From: Guillardia theta CCMP2712
Taxonomy: Eukaryota > Protista > Cryptophyta
DNA: 64,000 bases
Direction: 5' to 3'
NCBI RefSeq assembly: GCF_000315625.1
Contig: NW_005434603.1
Coordinates: 186,001-250,000 of the forward strand
Of the stretch, positions 13,054-25,300 are shown one piece after another. The number at the start of each line of letters is the position of its first letter. Positions within the stretch are counted from its first letter, which is position 1. The translations under genes were made by a program, and so were the position numbers. The notes under the pieces were generated by a model. The model searched no databases. It was not told where the DNA came from and saw only the letters and a list, made by a program, of their open reading frames with translations.

Positions 13054-14011
13054 TCTACAACTTTGGAGGTAGCGACAGAGAATATCTCACTGTCAGGAGA
13101 AAGGGGAGGCGACTCAGAGAAGGTAGGATTGTAAAACAACAGGCTGATCAAGAGGCTGAGGCCTACGTGCCATCATCATCCGGATGGCATCATGGCACCG
13201 GTGACCCCGGCGGCAGCCTAGTATCTCAGAAGATCGGACGGTCTCGGATCGGACGTTAGCCGTGTCACTGTCGGAACGGGGGCCTTTCAACTTGAATTGG
13301 AACACCATTCAGGCCCGCTTTGTAAATTCTAATGTGTTTTGCTTCAAACTTTAAAGCAAAGTAGACCGTCTCTCTCCGAACGGCGCCCGGCCCGGCCCGG
13401 GCCGGGCGCGGCCGCCCGGAACGCCCTCCGAGGCTCAGCGCCGGCCCGGGCCGGGCCTGCGGCCGCCGCTGGGCCACGGTCCGATCCCGGCGAGCCTGTG
13501 ACAGGCGGCGCCAGCTTCAACTCGGACCATTGCCGCTAACTAGTAAGTCTCAAGTTACCAACGGTACGGTCGGGAACTCACAGTGACTCGGAACATCATC
13601 CCACTTGGCAGGTCCGGGACTTGACTTCCAGCCTCCGTGAGGCCCTGAGGCTCGGTTCCCGCAAGTTCACCGGGCCCCCGGGGCCCGGGCCGCGCACAGG
13701 CAGTCGGAGCCTCCCGGCGCGGCCGCAATGATTCAATGAACTAATTTCCGTTAAAACGACGTTATCTCCGTTACATACCGTTGAATATAGAGGGACCGGT
13801 ACTTTTGCCTTGAAATGACCGGAGCAGTAACAATTTCTTTTCTTGATGGGGTCCTCTTTGTCTGAAGGTTGTACCAAATTCATAATTAGTGAGAGAAAGT
13901 TTCGAATTAACACAAAGTAAATCCAATTTTTGATTAATTTTCAAATATGAATACGAAACAAGAAAATTCAACTAGTGTGGAGGAGGTGCCGTAGCGAAGA
14001 GCCGCGGAGCT

Positions 14012-15129
14012 ATGGCATCGTACGGCTCCATGCCGCATGGGCTTCTTCCTGCTGCTGGGAGAGACTCCTCTTTCAAGCTCTCAAGGAAGACCATGGTTGC
14101 TGTTGCTTCTTCTCTGGCTGCTGTGATGGCTCTGGTTGCACTTGTCCTTGTGCGATCACGAGGAAACACTTCGGTAAGTGACCTCTCTGTGAATGCATGC
14201 TGCAAGGTCAGGAAGCGGTTGGCAAATGCGCGATTCTTTGTCTATGCTCATGAAATCTTAATGACGATGTTGCTGATGAATGTATCGTGTAGGAGTTGTT
14301 GCAGAAGGCAGTTGCTGTCAAGTATGTCTCCGCGCCATCAACTGTTAGATATGTTCCAGTCAAGGCACTCGGCCCTAGGAGCGTCAAGGCCAAGGCGCCT
14401 GCTGTCAAGTACGTCCCTGTGCAGGAGGTCAGAAACGTCAAGACTGGCAAGATTGAGTACATCCCTGTGAGCATGATGTCGTTGCCCAAGCGTAAGCTGG
14501 TCAAGGCCCAACAGCTGCGCATTGGCGGAAAGGGAACTCTCCGAGCTGGTTCGGTTCTCGCTGGTGAAGGGGAGGAGGCTGCTGCTGGCGAGGAGGCTGC
14601 TGCTGGCGGGGAGGCTGCTGCTGGCGAGGAGGCTGCCGCTGGAGAGGAGGCTGCCGCTGGAGAGGAGGCTGCTGCTGGAGAGGAGGCTGCTGCTGGAGAC
14701 GCTGCTGCGGAAGGAGAGGAGGGATCTGCTGATGAGGCTGGAGCTGATGAAGTTCCTGCCGCTGTGACCCCCCCAACTCCAGAGGAAATTGCCAAGGCTT
14801 TGCAACGCATCCAGGAGCGTGATATCCAGGAGCAGACCTTCCACGACACCCTTGTTGATGCTCAGACCGGCCAGCCCGTTCATGTTCCAGGAGTTGCAGG
14901 ATCAGCGCACAATGGTGTTTCTGGAGTCGGTGAGGAGCTGCGTGTCGTTCGAATATATACATGCTGACTTGCCACAGGTGGTATCTTCGGCGTTGGAGGA
15001 TTCCTTGGGCCAGACTATCCTATCTCTGACTCCGTCAGGTACGAGAACGCAGTCACCTCGGGCCCAGCATGCACTTGCACCTCTTGCACGGGAAGCCCAC
15101 CAGTATGCACGGGCTGCACATGCCGGTAG
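14012..15129 (+). CDS. Type II membrane-anchored repetitive protein (N-terminal TM, KYVPV-type repeats, GEEAAA repeats, Cys-rich C-terminus)
   Basis: Exons 14012-14173, 14293-14929 and 14978-15129 join in frame; TM VAVASSLAAVMALVALVLV; ends ...ACTCTSCTGSPPVCTGCTCR*. Confidence 0.75.
14568..14712 (+). repeat. 18-bp coding tandem repeat encoding GEEAAA (about 7 units)
   Basis: ggcgaggaggctgctgct-type units. Confidence 0.9.
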
Positions 15130-15480
15130 AGAGTGAATTAACTTCGCCGGATGCGAAAGAGCTCGGAGTGTCGGTCACATCGGTGGTGTGTATTGATGAA
15201 GGATGGAACGAGATTGTGTGGTGCAACAAGAGACCTTTGGAACCAAACTGTCAAGAGAGGGTCTAGAGTTTGAAACCCACAAAATGAGGACAAAAAAATA
15301 AAAATTCTGAAAGATACATCATGTTGGGGACTGTTAGTGTAGGTCAAATAGAAGAGACTCCCCGGAGATCAGGAGCATGGCGATGAGAGTGTGTTTATTG
15401 GGTCCATGTAGGTACATGTATTGGGTCCATGTAGATACGTCATCACACATCAAAATTCACATCTGCCAGCTCTGCGATCC

Positions 15481-16203
15481 TTACGAGATGATGCTCTTTG
15501 GCTCCACACGGGGCCCGAAAGCCTCGACCTTGTCGCCGTCGGTGATGAGGAACTTGGCGAAGTTCCACTGAATGTCCCCGCAGCTGGTTGCGTCCTTGAG
15601 TTTCTTGTACAAGGGATGAGTGTCGTTGCCGTTGACGTTGATCTTGGAGAAAAGGGGGAACTTGGCGTTGTACTTGGTCTCAACAAAATTCTTAATCTCT
15701 GCCTCAGTTCCTGGCTCCTGGGCACCGAACTGGTTGCAAGGGAATCCAAGAACCACCAGGTCGGGAGCGGTGTACTTCTTGGTGAGCTCAGCTGCGGAGA
15801 GAGTCAGCAACTACTTGCAAGAGTTCACAAAAGAATCACCGATCTCCTTGTAGTTGGAGTCGGTGAGCCCGCACTTGGAAGCCAGGTTGACGATCAAGAC
15901 CTTCTTGGCGCTGCCATAGCTGGACCCAAGGTCGACCTCCTTGCCATCAATGTCCTTCGCCTTGATACCATCGAGAAACTTCGCAGACATCCCGAGAGCA
16001 CCGCTCTTCTCTGCGTTCCTGAAGCCTCCTTGGAATGCAAGAGCCCTGGATCGCCCGGACCTGAACAAACCAGGGCAACTGTCACTCCTAGGAAGAGACT
16101 CTCGGCTGCTACGAAGCGTCTGGGTGAAGGAGGAGGAGAGGGGGGAGGAGAAGGCAGAGCATCCGGCGATGAGAACCGCCAGCACGCAGCTTCTAAGCGC
16201 CAT
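15481..16203 (-). CDS. GPX: Glutathione peroxidase family protein (Cys-type), plastid-targeted
   Basis: VNLASKCG (TGC codon), LGFPCNQFG, WNFAKFL; intron 15839-15792; signal peptide ending CSA|F followed by a Ser/Arg-rich transit peptide. Confidence 0.93.
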
Positions 16204-16634
16204 CGTCACCGTTTGTTTATGAGCTACCCTTCAACCCTTATGTGTATATAAACCCTACCACCCTACCCTTGCACTCATCCACAAATTCATGTTATCAGAA
16301 GGGGTACTAGGTATAACCGGTGATGACAACCACCCCCCACAAACATCCTCTGCGGCAACCCCCTCATTTTCCTTCTTTCCCTCAGTCCGATTCCCTTGAA
16401 AACTCTTGAGTTGTTCACTTTCCAATAAGATTAATTCTGTGTCATCTGCATCAACACAACACAGCCTGAATGTGGATTCCTAACAACAATAAAGAGTTGC
16501 ATGAGATGACGTCCCTGTTAAAAACTTGAGCATGTAGGACATTGGATGGATGATTCATTCAGTTGCAAAGAAGGTAGTTGAGTTGATAGGTGACATGTTT
16601 TAAGTATCTACAAGTGGTTATCCAGTCTCATCAG

Positions 16635-17945
16635 CTAAGATTTTGCATTTCTGTACGAGGGCAAGCGTTCTTCAGAATCCATCACTACAAAGGCGAAAGA
16701 TGTGGAGGAAGAGCCTTCTTCTCCTGGATCTTGCTCTGACATTTCGTTATACTCTCCTGTAACGAACGCGTCATAGTCTGCCATTGCAATGATGTGCTTT
16801 GCACCATCAAGTTCGTGAGTTCCTTCCGAAACTTGGAAAATGTTTCCTTGGCGCAGCAAAATCAGACCTATACATCGAGCATACAAAATTTGAACCTCCC
16901 TCACGACGCTTTTGCTGAATCGTGCACTCTCATACAAACGAAGATATCGTAATGCCGTTTTGGAATCAACATCTCTGTACGTAGGAACCGTCAGAAGGGT
17001 TTGGTCCGAAGGGAGAGAATGTTTGTCGTCAAGTCTGTTTTACTTACGGGTAGCGCTTCATGATGAGTAGCATCGCTTCCCGCGGGTTGAATGTCTCTAC
17101 GTTTTCCCTGCCATTCCCAGTCACTCGTTCGCAGCCCTCTATCGTGTTCCTTACGAGAAGGCTGCATTCAGATCTTTCTTGCAGCATTTCAACACAATGT
17201 CGCTAATTTTCACCAGCATCAGAGCATGGCCGATGGAGCAGAAGCAAATCCTCACCGATAGGATGTTGCAATCAGAGATCGATAGTTTTTCAGCTCGCCG
17301 TTGGAGTTTAATCGACCCCATCCCGGCCTGCCATGTCCGACTGTGAGGAGTAGGAAGACACAAAGATCAGCCATCTTCTCACAGATTGATGTGTTTGTCA
17401 TCTGGCTGGAATCTCGAAGAAATATCACATGATCTGCAAAGGACTATGAGCGGCCCTCACTCCTTTGAGATGGAAACTTTCATGCGTACCTGTACAGGTT
17501 TTTGTTGAGGAGAGTTCTGTGGCTTTTCGGTATGTGTGGTAGTTTTGTTTCAGTCACTGAAGCCGAGAGCGCAAAAATGATGCTCTGTCCATTGCTAAAT
17601 CTTTGTTTCACGTCCTGGCCTTCAAATGAACAACACGAGGAGTGTCAGGTAGTCTACACACCTGTATTTCTTTCCTCCTCCTCCCAGCCCTGGAAACCAC
17701 ACAGGTCAGGGATCGACGGGACATTGGTCAGTCAAACCTAGATCCCGTGAGACCAAAGAGGAGCACGACAAAGATGAAGGCGATCGGAATGGCACTGAGC
17801 ACCTGCAACGGCACATGAGGGTTGGGAGATCGTCCGTCGTCTCTTCTCGTTTGAAAGACAAACTCACATAGATCGTGCGCTCGAACGTGATCGACTGGTT
17901 GATTGTAGTCTCGCTCGCCACAACCGACATGTTCCATACCACCTA
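16635..17945 (-). CDS. Hypothetical multi-exon protein
   Basis: Several open blocks with GT/AG ends and one hydrophobic segment (VLSAIPIAFIFVVLLFGL); no family recognised. Confidence 0.3.
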
Positions 17946-18295
17946 TAGCAGACGATGCATTGCCGAGTGCGCGGCGAGGTAGAGCAGGCTCACAGGGAGG
18001 GAGGGACGGGAGGGAGAACTTGAGAGGGGAGAACAAGTTGAGGGCAGGAAGTGGATGAGGGGTGCAACGACGTGAGGCAAACGAAGAAGAAGAAGAAGAT
18101 TGTTGACGAGTACAATGAGGAGGAGGAGCAAGTGCGAGGGAAAGAACGAAGGTGATTGTTGACGAGTACAAGGAGGAAGAGCAGGAGCAAGTGCGAGGGG
18201 AAGAGCGGGCGAGAACGAACAGAGTGGAGGAGAGGCAAGGACACAACTAGAGCAAGGCAGCAAATCAATTAGCTAAATTTATTACTGTCCAACTT

Positions 18296-18722
18296 CATCT
18301 GCTGCCGGGCGGCCGAAGTTTTCCCGGGCCGCCCGCGGCCGCGGCGGGGGCCGCGGGCGGCCGGCCGGAAGCCTCCCGGAGTCCGACCGTCTCTGATGAT
18401 CGGACTTGACGTTTCAAAGCCCGCCCAAGCCGGCCGGGCAGTGTGGTTTCCGCGGACCGGCGGGCGGCCCGCGCCAGCCCCACCGCCTCCGGGCCGCGGC
18501 CGCCCGGCCGGGCCGCGGCCGCCCGGCCGGGCGGCGCACTGCCGGGCAGCCCGGGCCGGCGCGGCGCCTTGAACGGTTGATCACTGATGCCAACAGATGC
18601 CAACCGTGAGTCGGAGTGCGGCGGCCGCTAGTGCCGCCGGCCGCGCCGCGGCCGCCCGGCCCCATCAGCCCGGCGGCGGGCCCGGCGGCGCCGGACTCCG
18701 GGATGATCATCAGCGGCAGGAA
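18296..18722. promoter_or_regulatory. Very GC-rich, GGCC/CCGG palindrome-rich intergenic island between putative divergent genes
   Basis: Dense GGCCG/CCGGC/GCGGCCGC words; similar islands at about 4245-4295, 13380-13730, 26000-26580, 45960-46035 and 55860-55940. Confidence 0.5.
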
Positions 18723-19470
18723 CACGATTCAGCTAATTGAATTAACGTTGATAGTTTTGAGTTGAACTCGAGGCAATTTCCGCAGGCTTGCGACCCCTGA
18801 GCGGCCGGTTGTCAAGATCTCGACTACCCCTACCCAGTGTCACTTGTCACATTTTATATATATATTGGAGGTACCCTACCTACTCTAATCACTGACCAGG
18901 ACCCTTGTTTCAGTAGGCTCATATCGGAACCATCGCTACCATCGCTACCATCGCCACTACCCCCACCCTCAACTCTGGAGGCTTTCAGTACCCCACCCGT
19001 AATCCTTTTTAGTTCGCTCTTTCATTCCCCCATCCATCATGCCGGGAGGAGCTTGACTTGAGACTTCAGCGAACGTCCATGCAAGGGTAGGCTGAGACAG
19101 CGATACACCGGCGCATGGTGGGGATGGTCAAGGAGACATCCTGAAAGAAGCCCTGTACAAGCTCTGAGAGGAGCCTGTCAACCGTCAAGGAGATATCTTG
19201 ACAGCAGTTCGTCAAGGCAAGCTGAGTGGATCTTGAAGCTTTTCAAAGTCACCAGCACTTGCCGAATCGAGTCAGAGATCGAAATATTAGCAAGCAGCAT
19301 CCTTCTTCCCTGTCTTGATGAGATTGTGAAGAATTGACCGTGCTTACGTTGACAGCTCTTGAGACAAAAAAGTTTCTATCAGGTTGAGCAGGAATTGATA
19401 TCCTTAGGAAAAAAATGCAATGGTGATATCAAGACTTTGTTCTTCTCTAGCACATGTGACTGGTCGTGCA

Positions 19471-21216
19471 GGTATGTGCAGATCGGGTTTGTTTTGTTGA
19501 GCATGGTCGTCGTCATCTATCTCGTCCAATTCTTCGGCTTGATAGACCTGAGGAAGATTTTCTGTTCCCGAGCTTGCTTCGGAAAGCGTCAAGACAACTT
19601 GCCCTCCAAACCCGTGGACAGTGAGGACATCTCAGTGGTTGACTCCGCGCACACAGACAACTTCGACCCACTGAAGGACTTCCCACACGACTCTGCTCTT
19701 GCCAAGACCCATGATCGACTCCGCGACTTTCCCGACACGGACTCGGGGTCTGAATTCAACGACAGCTTCAGGAATCCCCCGAATGGCAACGTGCTGCAGC
19801 ACAACATCTTCCCAAGGATCCCGCCCAGACAGCCCATGGCTATTGACCTTTCCCAAGGGTCCGAAAGCAGCTTCAGTCACGCCCTCCTACCCAAGACTCT
19901 GGAGCATTCCGACGAGGAGTCTGAGGACGAGATGTTCGCCCTGCCAACGCTAGCCAGGAAGAAGTCTCTGCTGCCAGACAAGTCGAGGCTTCAGCAGGAG
20001 GAGCCCGACCAGGGTCTGCGCAGCCTCTACTCTCCGACTGGAGAGTCAGATTTCAGGTCCACTCGTACCGCGAGCACGGCCTCCGGTGACGAGCATCCCC
20101 TCCGCGATGCCATGCTGGAGCGGCTGGAGGAGGAGGACGGGGAGGATGCAGACTCCGATGTCTTCGTCCTTTCAAAGATGAGCTCGAGGCGCCCAGGTCA
20201 TCAGGTCGAACGATCAACCCATCAGGTCGAACGATCACCACCGTCAGGACCCGGACTGGAGCGGGCGGGGCAGGAGCTTCCCAAGAGGGCTTTCCCGGCA
20301 CCGAATGCGAGAGGCGGCAACATCGCTCTCACTACAACGCAGTCCATCCAGCACCTCAAGAAAGAAATCGAGAGGCAAGGCCAGCACACGACCACACTCA
20401 ATGAGGGCGTGCAGACAGACTATGACGAGGAGTTCGACGAGCCGTCAGCCCTCAACAGCAAGAAGGATGCGCAAGGAGATGGGTCAAGCGAGATGGTCCC
20501 TAAGACCCTCGAGCTGAACCTGCGGATCATCCGAGCACAGTTATCAAAGATGAAGGACGCAGACCCGCCGGACAGAGCCAAGAGCTCCCCGAGGACGGTC
20601 GAGTTTAGAAGCTCCCTCCCGCCCGAGCGAGGCAACAACAGGCAGAGCGACTTTCCTCCATCGCATCCGGTAAGAGATGTTGTGCTGTGTGCTGTGTGTG
20701 CTCAGATGCCCGTGTCCTCGTCTCCACGTGCTTTCTTGGTCTAGCTCCTGACGACTTCACTTGCTTCAGATGTCCTCCAGCAACGTCCGAAGGAACCGCA
20801 CTATGAGCCCCAGGGCCGTTCCCATGCTCTCCGACCAGATGCACGCGCTGTACTGGGCCGCAGTAGGCGGAGGGAACGACTCGAGGCCGGGGACCGCTCG
20901 CCTGATCACTCCGAGGCAGTCCTCCCCCCTCGCTGAGTCCGAGACCAGGAGGAGTCAGACTCCCTCTCGCGCTGACATGCTCGCTGCGCTTGCATCCAAA
21001 GTCGTCACCCCCAGGAGTGCGCAAAACTCGGCTCGAGGCTCCAGCTACCAGCCTCCTCCCTCGCTGGACGGGCTGGAAGTCAACACGCCACGCAGCGGCT
21101 CGATGCACTGGTCTCAGATCGCAGAGGAGAATCAGAGGTCGCAGAGGAGCGAAAAGTCGAGCAAGGATGTCTTCCTGCAGATGCTGAAGCCGAGAGCGGC
21201 AGGCGCGCAGCTGTGA
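19471..21216 (+). CDS. Hypothetical single-pass membrane protein with a long disordered Ser/Pro/Arg-rich tail (5' exons unresolved)
   Basis: 461-aa ORF with TM IGFVLLSMVVVIYLVQFFGLI; intron about 20669-20770 leads to a terminal exon ending at 21216. Confidence 0.55.
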
Positions 21217-21822
21217 GGAGAGGGAGTTTGAAGTTGAACGTCTTGATAAACCCTCGATCTCCTGCCCCTCTCTCCCCTCACCGACTCTCCCGTCCGCCAG
21301 CTAGCAAGGGCGCCGGGCTGTCAGCCTACCAGGAGCGTACAAGTCAGATACTCATGGCATGGAAGAAGTTGTGGAGACTGGTGTCCTGAAGACCAACGGA
21401 TCACTTGAACGATCTCTCACTTGTTCTCCGCGATGAACGCAGTCGGAGGAAGCAGCGAGGAGTTGTTAGAGTCCATGGTTGCCCTTCCTTCCTATCAGGG
21501 ATGGTCTCCACTCTTCTTCCTACTCCGTGCTCCGTTCCCGTCTGCCCCCTTCCTCAGTCAGTCAGGCCTCAGGTCAAGGTGAAGAGATAGATGACTAGCA
21601 AACTTTCCGAGATTCAGAGGGAGTGCCCTTGAGTCCACAAGGCCCCTCGGTAGCACGAGCGTGTTTTCGAACTTTTGCTCCCTCCCTCATCCTCCACTCG
21701 GTAGCAGACGGATCGCGCGAGAGTGAGTAAGACGAGCAAGACGAGTATGGTCAGAAGGAGCAAGACACTTATGGCAGCATCGCAGGAGCCTGCACACAAG
21801 ATTTATTCAAAAACACTTTTCA

Positions 21823-22099
<277 letters not shown>

Positions 22100-22308
22100 T
22101 CAGCGGGACATCATGTCGCGCCACTCGCAGTAGAACTCGTGGAAGCCTGCCTTGGTCATGATGTCGTAGAAACCCCGCAGGTGGATCTGAAGTCGCAAGA
22201 TCTCAAGTCAATCGCAGCTGAAGGCGCAGGCAGGCAAGCAGGCAGCGCAGCAGAAGCAGCAGCAGCATGATGATGATGATGAAGAGGAGAGGATGAGGTG
22301 GTGGTGGT

Positions 22309-22357
<49 letters not shown>

Positions 22358-25300
22358 AGTTTTGTTTCTCTCTGCTACCTGAACCTCAATGATGTAGCGC
22401 TCAACCGTGCCCTGCTCCCATTCCTCCACAGGGAGAAAGACGACGCTGTTCCTGTTGAACGTCCAGCCGACCTCGAGGTGCAGGGAGAGGTCGCGGTAGC
22501 CAGTCATGGGGTTGAAGACCTTGCTGCTGGAGTGAAAGCGATTCTTGACGTGAGTAATGCGGAAGAACTTTTCTTTCTTGGTCGTCGAGCTCTCAGTCCT
22601 GACCAGCTTCTGCCGCTCCTCATCGCCTGCCCACCTGTCTCTGTTGGTCAAGAAGCCGTTGACATAACTCTGAACATGCGACACGACTCGGCGATGGAAA
22701 GATCCCCGGGTGGTACTCAGGGGCTCGCTGTCCCAAGAGCTGGTTCGTTCTTCTCCCATAACCGACATGATCGTCTCGTCCGCAGGGTTCGCAGGTTCGA
22801 TGCCGACTAGCGATCGCTCCCGGATCAAGTTGAGCACCTGCAGCAGCTGCTCGACAGTCTCGGCGACGATGGTGCAGCGGACAAGATCTGTCAGGCAACC
22901 CACGTCGCGCCGGTACGAGCGCACGCACTTCTCGATGGCTCGTTGGGGTTGCTTCACGGGACCATAGATGAGCATCGGGTACTTGCCGACGGTCAGCTGC
23001 GAGCTGCCATGCCGGACTTGGAGGGGAGCGAGGAGGTCAGAGAGGAGGTCGTGAACGGCGGAGTTGATGGTGCTCGCCTGCTCGTACAGCTGGTCCAAGT
23101 TGGAGGAGACTTGTCGGATCTTTCCGCTCGACTGTGAGCCCTCGGCCGCCTTGAAGCGCCCGAAGCCCTTGTTCCTGAGCTGCCAGAAACGCTTCCATGG
23201 GTGCACGCGAGATCGGCAGTGGTGAAACTGCCGGACGAGCTCCTCCTCCACCTTGGACGTGACCTCCCACAGCTGCTGCAGTGGCCCCCGAGTGACTTGC
23301 TGATCGACGATCGCGATAGGATGAAGTCGTGAGCTGCTGTGCAGCATCCTGAAGGTGCTTCTCCTGTCGCTAACGCTCTTCTCCTCGTCGCGCTCGCTGC
23401 TGTGGTCGGCACCTCCCGAGAGGGAAGTCGCCTGCAGGCAGTTTTCCCAAACTTTGCGGTACTGCTGAACGTTCAACCCCAGCTTCTTCCGGGCCACCCG
23501 GATGGTGGTGACGCGGATGACAGCAAAGTACACGAAGAGACCAAACGTGAAGATGGACGTGAATAGAGTCATCAGGAAGTACAAGGGATACTCCCTCCAC
23601 AGGTAGGAATAAGTTACAGACAGCACGAATGCTACAAGTAACCAGGAAGGAATCCAAAACTCCTCCCGGTACTCGAAGACCAAGTACACGAACGTGGAGG
23701 CTGGTATGAACATCAACAGCTCGAACGCTGTCCCATTCACTGACAGGGTGTCGGCTACTGTCCAGCCAGGCTGGTGCTTTCCCGCCAGGATCTGGGCGAT
23801 TTCTGCGGCTACTCCAATGAGGAACATGAAGTTGATACGGAAGATTTGCTTCTTGAGCGTCGCACACGCCTTGTGCGGTCGGACGTATCTTGCTTCAAAG
23901 ACGGTCTTGAACAGCGTGATCGAGGTGGATGCCCATAACGGCAGGTAGTAAATGACCTTGAACCACAGGATCACCCCAAAGTCCTTGGACTGCCAGGTGG
24001 TCAGGGAGTCCATCTTCAACTCAGTCAGGGGCACAAGGCAGACGACGGCAAGCACAGCACACATCACTTGCCCCTGCCACTTTGAGATTACAATCTCAAT
24101 GGCGTTGGTAGTCCAGACTGCAGTTCCGATGGCTGTCGTCGAGTCTTTGAAATCGAGCAACCTCTGAGAATATCGGTTCGATCTCTTCTGTCCCTTCAGC
24201 TCTGCGATGGCCATTCGGAGTGCGACTTCTTGACCTTTTCGGCATGAGAACAAATCTTGGCCTTCACGTTCTGATGCGAACATCTCATGAACGTCGTTGT
24301 CTGTCAGGTTGGCTGCCTTATACAGCGAGTCGACATGGTGCTTGACAAGCATGTGAGAAAGTCCTAGGAGGCCGCACTCCTCCAGCCACTGCAGCACCTC
24401 GAGTCCTCCCGGAGTCTTGAAGGCAAACTCGTTGGGATCGAGCAGAAGTCTTTCGAGGTCGCGGATGACAACGTCGAGTATCTTCCCAGCGCAGTAATCA
24501 AGGAACTGCTCGTCCGGCTTCATCTCGGACGGTTTGCAAGCCTGGTGCTTGAGAATCATCTCCACAGTCTGCTTGATTGTCCTCTGCTTCATGCTCTGGA
24601 TCTGCTTCTCGTCGACGTCGAGCATCGACAGGATCGCAGCAGCTCTCTCGTTCGTCAGCACCGAAGGCCTCTCCGGCAGCATACGGATGCCCGACCACGA
24701 GAATTCGGAGAACGTGCCATCGTCTCCTCTGGGGCCAAGGAGGATAGGGAAGATGGATTGCAAGTGTGTGCCCTCCTTGCGGCACCACTCGATGGCGATG
24801 ATGTACTCCAGCAGGACGTTGTCGATTCGATCTTCTTCAGCAAGCGACAACAGCTCTCCGAGGGACCCCTTGAACCTCTTGGCTCCCGTCGTCTCGTCAG
24901 TTTCCACGTAGAAGGACAGTACAGGGACGAAGAGCAGCGAGTGCGCCAACCCGAGCACCAGCCCTGCCTCCCAGTCCTTGCCGTTCTCCAGGCAGCGCTT
25001 GTCAAGAAAGCCCTTGACCCCACTCTCTGCCTGCGCCGTCGGCTTCTTGACGCACCTTGGCCAGGTCCCTTTTGCTCCGAAGGGCAGGGGCTTCTTGTCA
25101 TTGGAGACTCGGGTGATCTCGTCGTACAGTCCTTCCACTAGCTCCTCCTCTGTCGACACCCTGTAGGACAGGAAGAAGTGAAAAAGCTCTGCTCGCAGAC
25201 TGCGCAAGGGTCGTGGCTTCCCCGTCTGTATCGTGGGGGAAGGAGGGGTCAAGCTTGTTGTCTGCACGCTGGATGAAGTAGTCTGGATGTTAGGATGCTG

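Noticed and set aside
15865-15880. Selenocysteine in the GPx active site
   Set aside because: The codon is TGC (Cys), not TGA
18265-18740. 10-bp inverted repeat TCAATTAGCT/AGCTAATTGA around a GC island as MITE termini
   Set aside because: Too short, does not extend, no TSD seen, and not noticed at the other islands
22208-22378. Poly-Leu/His/Cys C-terminus in the ORF-track version of the TIR protein
   Set aside because: Read-through into a (CAG)n-containing intron; the spliced exon 22186-22100 completes the EVQIH motif
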